Source: an uncultured Candidatus Binatia bacterium
GTDB taxonomy: Bacteria > Desulfobacterota > Binatia > UBA9968 > JAJDTQ01
Reading direction: 5' to 3'
Length of the DNA stretch: 64,000 nucleotides
Assembly: GCA_965213675.1 (NCBI GenBank)
Contig: OZ243916.1
Location: 1,792,001 to 1,856,000 of the forward strand
Shown here: piece after piece, positions 47,679-56,818 of the stretch
Numbering within the stretch: the first letter of the stretch is position 1
Layout: each line of letters starts with the position of its first letter
Made by a program: the position numbers and the translations under genes
Notes under the pieces: generated by a model
What the model was told of the DNA's origin: nothing
Seen by the model: the letters and a program-made list of their open reading frames with translations, nothing else
The model's database searches: none

Positions 47679-48872
47679 ATGAGTATACACGGCAACACGG
47701 CCATCGCCGGCATCGGCGAGACCCCGGTGGACCGCCTGGGACGGCGCCCGGGCGAGCGCCGCCGGACCATTCCGGAGTACCTGACCTGGGCGGCGCGCCT
47801 GGCCATGGAGGACGCGGGCCTGACCCGCAAGGACTTCGACGGCCAGGGGCTCGCGGCCATCTACACCACCAACTACCTGCAACCCTTCTGGCCGGAAGAG
47901 ACCGCGTCCATCCTGGGCATCGCCCCGGCGCTGTCCATGGCCAACGCCAACGGCGGCGCCGCCACGGTGTCGGCGCTGGGGCAGGCGGCCGCGGCCATTC
48001 AAGCGGGGTTGGTGGAGCGAGTCCTGTGCGTGGCCGCTTCGTGCACATTCGTGGAAAACCACAACGGGGTGGAGCCGCGGGACGTGCGGGACTTCGAGGT
48101 GCCCTACGGCTTGATGGGCGCCAACAGCGGCATCGCGCTCGTGATGCGGCGGCACATGCACGACTACGGAACCACCCTGGATGCCCTGGGGAACATCGCG
48201 GTGACAGCGCGCCACCACGCATCGCTCAACCCCAACGCCTATCTCAGGAAACCCATGACGCTGGAGGACTACAAGACTTCGCGGCTGGTGGCCGACCCCG
48301 TGCGCCTGCTGGACTGCGTCATGCCGGCCAACGGCGGCAAGGCGTTCATCCTCACCTCCGCGGAACGGGCCGCCGACATGCCGCGCAAGCCCGTCTACCT
48401 CATGGGCTTCGGCGAGCAGGACAACCCCAGCTACGGCCCCCGTACCCACTCCGATGCCACGATCATGGGCATCCGGGACGCCGGCGCCCGCGCCTTCGAC
48501 ATGGCTGGCGTCACCGCCAGGGACATGGACTTCGCCCAGCTCTACGATGACTACGTGATCATCGAATTGATGCAGATGGAGGACTTGGGCTTCTGCGACA
48601 AGGGCGACACGAGCTACTTCGAGTCCACCGACTTCTCGTTCAAGGGGACGCTCCCCATCCAGACCGGCGGCGGCATGATCAACTGCGGACAACCCTCCAC
48701 CGCCGGCGGCATGCTCCACATCCTGGAGTCGGTCCGGCAACTGCGGGGCGACGGCGGCGAGCGGCAGGTGGCGGGCGCGCGCACCGGGCTGTGCACCGGC
48801 CTCGGCGGGCTCCCCTACGGCAAGAACCTCGGCTCCACCGCCGTGGCCATTCTCAGCAACGACAACGGATAG
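47679..48872 (+). CDS. SCP2/Ltp2-type thiolase-fold protein (non-canonical active site)
   Basis: AIAGIGET, NPNAY, LLDC, QLYDDY, QTGGG and ESVRQLRG; followed by DUF35 partner. Confidence 0.9.
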   Translation: MSIHGNTAIAGIGETPVDRLGRRPGERRRTIPEYLTWAARLAMEDAGLTRKDFDGQGLAAIYTTNYLQPFWPEETASILGIAPALSMANANGGAATVSALGQAAAAIQAGLVERVLCVAASCTFVENHNGVEPRDVRDFEVPYGLMGANSGIALVMRRHMHDYGTTLDALGNIAVTARHHASLNPNAYLRKPMTLEDYKTSRLVADPVRLLDCVMPANGGKAFILTSAERAADMPRKPVYLMGFGEQDNPSYGPRTHSDATIMGIRDAGARAFDMAGVTARDMDFAQLYDDYVIIELMQMEDLGFCDKGDTSYFESTDFSFKGTLPIQTGGGMINCGQPSTAGGMLHILESVRQLRGDGGERQVAGARTGLCTGLGGLPYGKNLGSTAVAILSNDNG

Positions 48873-48877
48873 ACACC

Positions 48878-49309
48878 ATGGCCGAAGCACGAACCGAACC
48901 CCGGCGTCCCCTCCCCGAGATCACCGAACTGACCGCGCCCTTCTGGCAGGCCGCACGGGAGGGGCAACTCGTGATGCAGCGTTGCCGCGCGTGCGGCGGA
49001 CTGACGTGGTGTCCGCGCCCGTCGTGCGTGGAGTGCGGCGGCGAAGACCTGGAATGGGCGCCTCTCAGCGGCCGCGCCACCGTCTACTCCTTCACGGTCA
49101 TCCGCCAGTTGGCGGGCCGCGGCGCCCGCGCCTTCGAAAAGGACATCCCCTACGTCATCGCCTGGGTGGATCTGGAGGAAGGCCCGCGCTTCTACACCAA
49201 TATCGTCGAGTGCCCGGTGGACGACGTCGAGATCGGCATGAAAGTGGAAGTGGTATTCGATCCGGTCAGCGACGACATCCACTTGCCCAAGTTCAAGCCC
49301 TGCCCGTAG
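48878..49309 (+). CDS. DUF35 Zn-ribbon/OB-fold acyl-CoA-binding protein
   Basis: PFWQAA, CRAC...CVEC, SGRATVYSFT and VDLEEG. Confidence 0.93.
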   Translation: MAEARTEPRRPLPEITELTAPFWQAAREGQLVMQRCRACGGLTWCPRPSCVECGGEDLEWAPLSGRATVYSFTVIRQLAGRGARAFEKDIPYVIAWVDLEEGPRFYTNIVECPVDDVEIGMKVEVVFDPVSDDIHLPKFKPCP

Positions 49310-49524
49310 AGGTCACCGGCCGGTCGCCCCCGTGCCCCCACGCCAAACGTCCGGCCGCTGACACCGGCGTCCCGTCCCAGTCGTCCCGCATCGAGCCCTC
49401 GCCCCGCACCGCAGATTCCACGCTTGCCTGGGAGCCAATGGCGCAGGCTCCTGGTCAAGCCAGCACCCTTTTGCTAATTCCACACCAGAACACTTGTTGC
49501 ATCCCTTCCAACCCGGAGGACGCC

Positions 49525-50616
49525 ATGGCAGTCATCGACGCCGACACCCACGTGGACGAGACCGAAGATACCTGGGCCTTCATGCCCGACGGTGACGAGG
49601 CGTTGCGGCCCACCACCGCCTATCCCAAGGGCCAGGACGCCAGCAACGCGAAGATGCGCTACTGGATGATCGACGGCAAGCGGCAAATCCGCTTCGTGCG
49701 CACCGACGAGGAAACCCACACCACCGAAGGGGCGCGCGAACTCACGGACGTGCGCCGGCGCATGGAAGACATGGACCGCATGGGCGTGGATTTCCAGGTG
49801 ATGTACCCCACCCTGTTCCTGGTGGAGTTCACCGAGAAACCGGAGGTCGAGCTGGCGCTCCGGCGCAGTTACAACCGCTGGATGGCCCAGCGCTGGGAAG
49901 ACTCCGGCGGGCGGCTCCGCTGGGTCCTGCTGCCGCCCGCCCGGAACATGGACGCGGCCCTGGACGAGATGCGCTTCGCCAAGGAACACGGCGCCTGTGG
50001 CGTGCTCAAGAAGGGCGACCGGGAGGCCGGGGTGTGGGCCAACGACCCCTATTTCTTCCCCATGTACGAAGAGGCGCAGAAGCTCGACATGCCCATCTGC
50101 TTCCACACGGGCTCGGGGGTGCCGGACTTCACCCCCGCGCGCGAGTTCACCTTCAGCCGCTTCTATCGCATCCTGCTGCCGGTGGTGCACGCGTTCCAGT
50201 CCCTCATCGTGCACGGCGTGCCGGAGCGCTTCCCCGAACTGCGCTTCGGCTTCATCGAGGCCACGGCATCGTGGGTGCCCTTCGTGCTCTACGAGATCCG
50301 CCGGCGGCTGGAGAAGAACAAGGAACGGCCCACCAGCGTGCTGCGCTCCACCATGGAGATCGAGGAGATGCCCGAAGACATCCTCAAGCGGAACCGCATG
50401 TATGTGTCGTTTCAGGTGGACGAGGATCTGGACTACCTGCTGCAACATACCGGCGCCGACAACCTGCTGGTGGGATCGGACTACACGCACAACGATTCCG
50501 CCCAGGAGATGGACTTCCTCGGCCTGCTCAAGCAACGCGCCGACAAGGGCGACCTGTCCCCTGAGGCGGTGACGAAGATCACCCAGGACAACCCGCGCGC
50601 CTTCTACGGCATCTGA
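49525..50616 (+). CDS. Amidohydrolase_2 family protein
   Basis: IDADTHVDE, MYPTLFL, FHTG and GSDYTH; GGAGG SD. Confidence 0.9.
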   Translation: MAVIDADTHVDETEDTWAFMPDGDEALRPTTAYPKGQDASNAKMRYWMIDGKRQIRFVRTDEETHTTEGARELTDVRRRMEDMDRMGVDFQVMYPTLFLVEFTEKPEVELALRRSYNRWMAQRWEDSGGRLRWVLLPPARNMDAALDEMRFAKEHGACGVLKKGDREAGVWANDPYFFPMYEEAQKLDMPICFHTGSGVPDFTPAREFTFSRFYRILLPVVHAFQSLIVHGVPERFPELRFGFIEATASWVPFVLYEIRRRLEKNKERPTSVLRSTMEIEEMPEDILKRNRMYVSFQVDEDLDYLLQHTGADNLLVGSDYTHNDSAQEMDFLGLLKQRADKGDLSPEAVTKITQDNPRAFYGI

Positions 50617-50801
50617 CATCGGCTTCTTTCGCCGGCCGGAACGCCGGCGGCGGGCCGGTTGCAAGTCCGCCGATCCGACGGACTCGGACACCGCGCGGGC
50701 AAGGGACGGTGGACCGAGGAGATCATCGCCGTTTTCCATTCGAAGACGGCCGGCTCCCATTCGGATGACCGGCGCCGCCCGTTGGCGCCAGGAGTAGACG
50801 C

Positions 50802-51935
50802 ATGAAGGAATCCCCGGACAAGCCGCTGGCCAGCGACGAAATGGAGAAGCGCCTCTTCCCCGGACCGGGACTCCCGGGCGGCGGCCAGCTCGACGTGCGC
50901 GTGGAGGTGTCGCCGTTGCACCCGGACCCCGACGTGCGGGAGGTGGCGCGGTGCTACCGGCCCTTCAACATCGACAGTTGGCACACCGAGTGGACGCGCA
51001 TGGCCCAGAAGAACGAAGCCCTGGCCGCGGCGTTCGAGGACGAAGGACGCCGCGTCACCGCCCACGATTTCTACCGGCGGGCAGCCGAGTTCCACCGGCG
51101 CGCGCTGGTGTACATGCCTGAAGCCGACCCGCGCATGATGCAGAGCCATTTCAAGCTCAAGGAGACCTTCGACAAGGCCTGGACTCTGGTGACGCCGCCC
51201 TTCGAGCGGGTGCGGATTCCCTACGAGGGGCACCTGCTGGATGCGCTGTTCTATCCGGCTCGGGGCAAGACCGGGACACGGTTTCCGGTGGTGTACAACT
51301 ACGGCGGCGCCGACGGCATCCTGCTGCGCGGACTGGAAGGCGATGCCGTTCAGTACGTGCGCCGGGGCATGTCCTTCATCGACGTCGACGGGCCGGGCCA
51401 CGGCGCCACCCTGCGGGAGAAGCGGCTTTACGCGCCGCCCGACTCGGAACGCGTGGCCAAGGCCGTCATCGACTACCTGGCGGCGCGCCCGGACGTGGAC
51501 CCCGACCGCATCGGCCTCCATGGCTCCAGCATGGGCGGGTACTCCGGACCCCGTTGCGCCACCGAGGAAAAGCGCATCCGGGCCGTGGCCGTGTGGAGCG
51601 GCGCCTACAATCTCGTGGACGACATCTTCGACTTCTACCCGCCCATCCAGGAGCGCCTGCGCTGGCTCATGGGGGCGAAAGACCTGGCCGACGCCCGCGA
51701 GCGCATCCGGGAATTCACGCTCGTGGGAAGGGCGCACAAAATCGAGTGCCCATTGCTGGTCGGCTATAATCACGACGACCGGGTCATGGACCCGCGCGGC
51801 GCCGTGCGGCTGTACGAGAACGCCGTCAACGCGCCGCGGGAGCTGCTGGACGGTGTCGGCCACGGCGAGAAGCGCTTCGACCGACGCACTTTCATCGTGG
51901 ACTGGTTCGCCAGGCAGTTGCGGGCGGAAAGCTGA
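50802..51935 (+). CDS. Alpha/beta hydrolase, 2,6-dihydroxy-pseudooxynicotine hydrolase/FrsA-like
   Basis: N-terminal helical domain, ERVRIPYEG, GGAD, DGPGHG, GSSMGG nucleophile elbow and C-terminal GH. Confidence 0.85.
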   Translation: MKESPDKPLASDEMEKRLFPGPGLPGGGQLDVRVEVSPLHPDPDVREVARCYRPFNIDSWHTEWTRMAQKNEALAAAFEDEGRRVTAHDFYRRAAEFHRRALVYMPEADPRMMQSHFKLKETFDKAWTLVTPPFERVRIPYEGHLLDALFYPARGKTGTRFPVVYNYGGADGILLRGLEGDAVQYVRRGMSFIDVDGPGHGATLREKRLYAPPDSERVAKAVIDYLAARPDVDPDRIGLHGSSMGGYSGPRCATEEKRIRAVAVWSGAYNLVDDIFDFYPPIQERLRWLMGAKDLADARERIREFTLVGRAHKIECPLLVGYNHDDRVMDPRGAVRLYENAVNAPRELLDGVGHGEKRFDRRTFIVDWFARQLRAES

Positions 51936-52035
51936 CCCGGCGGCGAACACCCCTTGGTGCCCGCTTCCCCGGTTGTGCCGTGACTCACGGGGAAGGAACC
52001 CGGCGAAGCGCCATTGCCGCGGGCGCAGGAAGCGA

Positions 52036-52075
52036 CGTCCTTCGGCTTCGCTCCGCGAAGCGAAGTCGAAGGACG
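52036..52075. repeat. Intergenic hairpin (REP-like)
   Basis: CGTCCTTCGGCTTCGCT-CCGCGA-AGCGAAGTCGAAGGACG. Confidence 0.6.
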
Positions 52076-52104
52076 CCATTGCATGACGCTGATTGGAGGA
52101 AAAC

Positions 52105-53136
52105 ATGCTGGCCATCGACGCCGACGCGCACGTGATCGAGACGGAGCACACCTGGGACTACCTGGAGGGACGGGACAAACGCTTCCGCCCGGTGCCTGTA
52201 AGCGTGGACAGCCCCGAGGGCGGCACGCGCAACTTCTGGGTCATCAACGGCAAGCTCATCGGCGGGCGCGACAACATCGGCCTGGACACGCCCAAGGAAT
52301 CCCGCGACATGGCCGACATCGACGCGCGCCTGAAGCACATGGACGAGATCGGCACGGACGTACAGGTGCTTTACCCGACCCTCTTCCTGCGCCCGGTCAC
52401 CGACCGCGCCGACGTGGAACTGGCGTTGTGCCGTTCCTACAACCGGTGGCTGGCGGACATCTGGGCCGCCGGCAAGGGGCGGCTCCGCTGGGCCGCGCAA
52501 CTGCCGCTGCTGAGCATGGACGAGGCCCTGGAGGAACTGCGCTGGGCCAGGGAGCACGGCGCCTGCGCCGTGTTCATGCGCGGCCTGGAAACCCACCATC
52601 CGCTGCACCACCCGCATTTCTTTCCGCTGTACGCGGAGGCCGCCCGCCTCGACGTGCCCATCGGCATCCACTCGGGCATCGGCAACGCCGCGGTGTCGGA
52701 GGCCTTCGGCAACGACCCGTTCCGCACCGCCAAGCTCACGGTCATCGGCGCGGTCCACGCCCTGGTCATGCGCGGCATTCCCCAACGGTTCCCGGGTCTG
52801 CGCATCGGCGCCATCGAGGTGGCCGCCCAATGGGTGCCGCACGTGGTCCGGGACATCACACTGCGCAACCGCAAGCGCGGCGTGGAGCCGGAAGAGGAAC
52901 TGCTGCGCGCCAACCAGGTCTACGTGGCGTGCCAGACGGACGACGACCTGCCCTACGTACTTCAGCACGCGGGCGAGGACATGATCATGATCGGCTCCGA
53001 CTACGGCCACGCCGACAACGCCAGCGAATTGCTGGCCCTCAGGGGCCTGCGTGAGAAGGGCGAGGTGCCGCCCCACGTCATCGACAAGATCCTGAACGAG
53101 AACCCCACGCGATTCTACGGCCTGGCGGACGCCTGA
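52105..53136 (+). CDS. Amidohydrolase_2 family protein
   Basis: IDADAHVIE, LYPTLFL, IHSG and GSDYGH; GGAGG SD. Confidence 0.9.
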   Translation: MLAIDADAHVIETEHTWDYLEGRDKRFRPVPVSVDSPEGGTRNFWVINGKLIGGRDNIGLDTPKESRDMADIDARLKHMDEIGTDVQVLYPTLFLRPVTDRADVELALCRSYNRWLADIWAAGKGRLRWAAQLPLLSMDEALEELRWAREHGACAVFMRGLETHHPLHHPHFFPLYAEAARLDVPIGIHSGIGNAAVSEAFGNDPFRTAKLTVIGAVHALVMRGIPQRFPGLRIGAIEVAAQWVPHVVRDITLRNRKRGVEPEEELLRANQVYVACQTDDDLPYVLQHAGEDMIMIGSDYGHADNASELLALRGLREKGEVPPHVIDKILNENPTRFYGLADA

Positions 53137-53229
53137 CTTGCCGCATGGGAGCGGACATGACAACGACGGACGGCAAGGCGGGACTGCCATCGGGCGTGGG
53201 AAGGCAGCCACGTTGAAGGGAGCCTCGCG

Positions 53230-54351
53230 ATGAGCGACGCATTCGACCTGCTTCTGGTCAACGGCACCGTCATCAACCCGGCCGCGGGCACGCGCCAGGA
53301 ACTGGACCTGGGCATCGCGGACGGCCGCATCGCCGCCATGGGGGAGAAGCTCCCTCGGGAGGGCGCCGGCCGGGTCGTCGACGTGGGCGGCTGCTTCGTG
53401 ACCCCGGGCCTCATCGACTTCCACGTGCACAGCTACTGGGGCGTCAACCCCTACGGCGCCGATCTCGACGCGGTGTGCGGCGCCACGGGCGTCACCACCA
53501 CCGCGGACGCAGGGTCGGCCGGACCCGTGAACTTCACGGGATTCCGGCACTTGGTATACCAGCGGGCGCGCACCCGCATGCTCGCCTTCGTCGCGGTGGC
53601 GCAGCACGGAGTGCTCAACGCCCCCGGCGAGCTCGAGAACCTCGGTTTCGCCGACCCGGAGAACGCCGCCCGAACCGTGCGGGAGAATCGCGACGTGGCG
53701 GTGGGCATCAAGATCCGGCTGCACGTCAAGTCCGTGGGACAGAACGGCCGGGAGGCGCTGCGCATGGCGGTGGAGGCCGGCAAAGCCTCCGGCTCGCCGG
53801 TGATGGTACACGTGGGCGACACCGGCATTCCCATGGAGGAAATCGTCGAAACGCTGCGACCGGGCGACATCGTCACCCACTGCTACACGCCCAAGCAGCC
53901 GGCCATCGTCGATCCGGACGGCCGCCTGCGTCCGGCGGTGCTGGAGGCGCAGCGGCGCGGCGTCCTTTTCGACGTGGCCCACGCCAACGGGCACTTCGAC
54001 TTCGACCTGGTGGCCCGGGCCATGGATCAGGGGCTCCGTCCGGACATCATCAGCACCGATCTCCACCGAATGAGCGGCGCCAGCCCCGTGGTGGACCTTC
54101 CCACCACCCTGACCAAGTTCCTGATGCTGGGATTGGAGTTGGAAGAGATTATCGCCGACTGCACCGTCAACGCCGCCCGCGCCATCGGCTGGGACGACCG
54201 CATCGGCGTGCTCGAAACAGGCCGCGAAGCCGACGTGGCGGTGCTGGAGGTGGTGGATGAGGAAGCCTTGCTGGAGGACAGCGTCGGCAACCGCCGCACC
54301 CACGGTCAACGCATCGTCGCCCGCCACACCATCCGCGCCGGGGCGTTGTAA
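53230..54351 (+). CDS. Dihydroorotase-like amidohydrolase/deacetylase
   Basis: PGLIDFHVH, DAGSAG, GIKIR, MVH, THCY and ISTD. Confidence 0.9.
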   Translation: MSDAFDLLLVNGTVINPAAGTRQELDLGIADGRIAAMGEKLPREGAGRVVDVGGCFVTPGLIDFHVHSYWGVNPYGADLDAVCGATGVTTTADAGSAGPVNFTGFRHLVYQRARTRMLAFVAVAQHGVLNAPGELENLGFADPENAARTVRENRDVAVGIKIRLHVKSVGQNGREALRMAVEAGKASGSPVMVHVGDTGIPMEEIVETLRPGDIVTHCYTPKQPAIVDPDGRLRPAVLEAQRRGVLFDVAHANGHFDFDLVARAMDQGLRPDIISTDLHRMSGASPVVDLPTTLTKFLMLGLELEEIIADCTVNAARAIGWDDRIGVLETGREADVAVLEVVDEEALLEDSVGNRRTHGQRIVARHTIRAGAL

Positions 54352-54394
54352 CACTGACCTCGGAGCTTGCTGACGTGCTCCTGGAGCCTGAACC

Positions 54395-56818
54395 ATGAAC
54401 GAGTGGATTTACCGCCATGACGGCTATGACCCGGCCAAACAAGGCTTGCGCGAGGCTCTGTGCACCTTGGGCAACGGCCGCTTCGCCACCCGCGGCGCCG
54501 CGGAGGAGGCCACGGCCGGTGAAGTGCACTATCCCGGAACCTACCTGGCCGGGTGCTACAACCGCCTGGAGACCACCGTCGGCGACCGCGTGGTGGTCAA
54601 CGAAGACCTTGTCAACCTGCCCAACTGGCTCTGCCTGAGCTTCCGCCTGGAAGACGGCCCGTGGTTCGACCTCGCCGCGGTGGAGATCCTCGCCTACCAG
54701 CAGGAGATCGACCTTCGGAACGGACTGCTCACGCGCCGCATCCGCTTTCGCGACCCGGAAGGCCGCACCAGCTTCATCCGCAGCCGCCGGCTCGTGCACA
54801 TGCGGCAGCCGCACCTGGCGGTGCTACGCTGGACACTGCTGGCGGAAGACTGGGCCGGCAACGTGACCATGAGATCGACCCTGGACGGGGCGGTCGTCAA
54901 TGCCGGCGTCCCGCGCTACCGCCAGCTCAACTCCAGGCATCTGGAAACCCTCGACAAGGGACGGGTCGGAGACGACGGCATTTACCTGGTGGTCCAGACC
55001 AACCAGTCGCGCATGCGTCTGGCGCTGGCGGCGCGCACGCGCCTTTTCCGCGACGATGAGCACGAAGCCGTCGAAGCGCGCATCCTGGAGGAACCGGAAG
55101 CCGTCACCCAGGAATTCACCGTTGCCGTGGGCAGGAAGCACGTGGTCACCGTGGAGAAGAGCGTGGCCCTCTATTCGTCGCGCGACCGGGCCATTGCCGA
55201 ATGCGGCCATGCCGCGCGCATGGCGGTGTCCGCGTCAGGCCGCTTCGTGGAGGCGTTCGAGGCACACGCGCGCGCGTGGCATTCCCTGTGGCGCCGCTGC
55301 GACGTGGAGTTACCGTCACGGCCGGAGGAAGAAAAGATCCTGCGCCTGCATGCCTTCCACATGCTGCAGGCGGCGTCCCCCAACACCGTGGGGATCGACG
55401 CCGGCGTGGGCGCCCGCGGCCTCCACGGCGAAGCCTACCGCGGCCACGTCTTCTGGGACGAGCTGTACATCCTGCCCTTCTACATTGCACGGCTTCCCGA
55501 GATCGCGCGGGCGCTGCTCCTGTACCGCTACCACCGGCTTGACGCGGCGCGCCGGGCCGCCCGCGAAGAGGAAGGCTGCGCCGGCGCCATGTATCCGTGG
55601 CAGAGCGGCAGCGACGGCAGCGAGGAGACCCAGAAACTGCACCTCAATCCCAACTCCGGCCGCTGGATCGAGGACAACAGCCACCGGCAACGCCACGTGA
55701 ACATCGCCATCGTCTACAACTTCTGGCGTTACTACAAGACCACCGGCGACCGTGGTTTCCTGTCGCGTTACGGCGCCGAGACGATCCTGGAGATCGCGCG
55801 CTTCTGGGCCAGCCTGGCGCGGCGCAACGAGGACACCGGGCGCTACGAAATCCATGGCGTCATGGGGCCCGACGAATACCACGACATGTACCCCGGCGCC
55901 GGCACCGGCGGCCTGCGCAACAATGCCTACACCAACGTGATGGTGGTCTGGGTGCTGGAACGCGCCATGGAGACGCTGGACCTGTTGGGCGCGGGGCGAC
56001 GGGCCGAGCTGGCCGAAGAGATTCGCCTCATGCCCGACGAGGAAGAGCGGTGGCGCGAGATCACCCGCAAAATGACCGTGCCTTTCCACGGCGACGGGAT
56101 CATCAGTCAGTTCGAGGGCTACGACGCGCTGCGGGAATTCGACTGGGACGGCTACCGGAAGAAGTACGGCAACATCGAGCGGCTGGACCGCATCCTCGAG
56201 GCGGAGGGCGACACCCCCAACCCCTACAAGGCGTCGAAGCAGGCGGACGTGCTCATGCTGTTCTACCTGCTGCGCGCCGGCGAAGTGCAGGCTCTGTTCG
56301 TCCAGCTCGGTTACGACCTGGACGACGACGCCATCCGCAGGACCGTGGACTACTACAGCGCGCGCACCTCCCACGGCTCGACCCTGAGCCGGGTGGTCCA
56401 CGCCGCCGTATCCGCGCGCACCGACCCGGCCCTGTCCTGGCGCTACTTCACCGAGGCCTTGCAGAGCGACGTCGCCGACATCCAGGGCGGCACCACCCCC
56501 GAGGGCATCCACATGGGCGCCATGGGCGGCCTCGACGACGTCCTGCTGCGGCACTACGCCGGCATCGACACCCTGGGCGAGACCCTGAGCCTCGACCCCT
56601 GCCTGCCCGACGAACTGCCCGCCCTGCGCCTGGCCATCGTCTATCGCGGCCGGCGGGTGGCGCTGGACCTCACGCACGAACGTGTGCGAGTATCGCTGGA
56701 GGACGGCTCCCCGGCGCCGCTGGAAGTGGTCGTGCAGGGGACGCGCCACAGGCTGGACACCGGGGAGAGCGAGATCGCGCTGATCGCGCACGCTCCCGGG
56801 TTCACGCCTGGTACTTGA
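54395..56818 (+). CDS. Glycoside hydrolase family 65 (trehalose/trehalose-6-P/maltose phosphorylase-like)
   Basis: GEAYRGHVFWDE, GPDEYH, KQAD and HGSTLS. Confidence 0.93.
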   Translation: MNEWIYRHDGYDPAKQGLREALCTLGNGRFATRGAAEEATAGEVHYPGTYLAGCYNRLETTVGDRVVVNEDLVNLPNWLCLSFRLEDGPWFDLAAVEILAYQQEIDLRNGLLTRRIRFRDPEGRTSFIRSRRLVHMRQPHLAVLRWTLLAEDWAGNVTMRSTLDGAVVNAGVPRYRQLNSRHLETLDKGRVGDDGIYLVVQTNQSRMRLALAARTRLFRDDEHEAVEARILEEPEAVTQEFTVAVGRKHVVTVEKSVALYSSRDRAIAECGHAARMAVSASGRFVEAFEAHARAWHSLWRRCDVELPSRPEEEKILRLHAFHMLQAASPNTVGIDAGVGARGLHGEAYRGHVFWDELYILPFYIARLPEIARALLLYRYHRLDAARRAAREEEGCAGAMYPWQSGSDGSEETQKLHLNPNSGRWIEDNSHRQRHVNIAIVYNFWRYYKTTGDRGFLSRYGAETILEIARFWASLARRNEDTGRYEIHGVMGPDEYHDMYPGAGTGGLRNNAYTNVMVVWVLERAMETLDLLGAGRRAELAEEIRLMPDEEERWREITRKMTVPFHGDGIISQFEGYDALREFDWDGYRKKYGNIERLDRILEAEGDTPNPYKASKQADVLMLFYLLRAGEVQALFVQLGYDLDDDAIRRTVDYYSARTSHGSTLSRVVHAAVSARTDPALSWRYFTEALQSDVADIQGGTTPEGIHMGAMGGLDDVLLRHYAGIDTLGETLSLDPCLPDELPALRLAIVYRGRRVALDLTHERVRVSLEDGSPAPLEVVVQGTRHRLDTGESEIALIAHAPGFTPGT

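Noticed and set aside
56802-56818. 17-bp convergent overlap of the GH65 and amidohydrolase 3' ends
   Set aside because: Common in compact high-GC genomes
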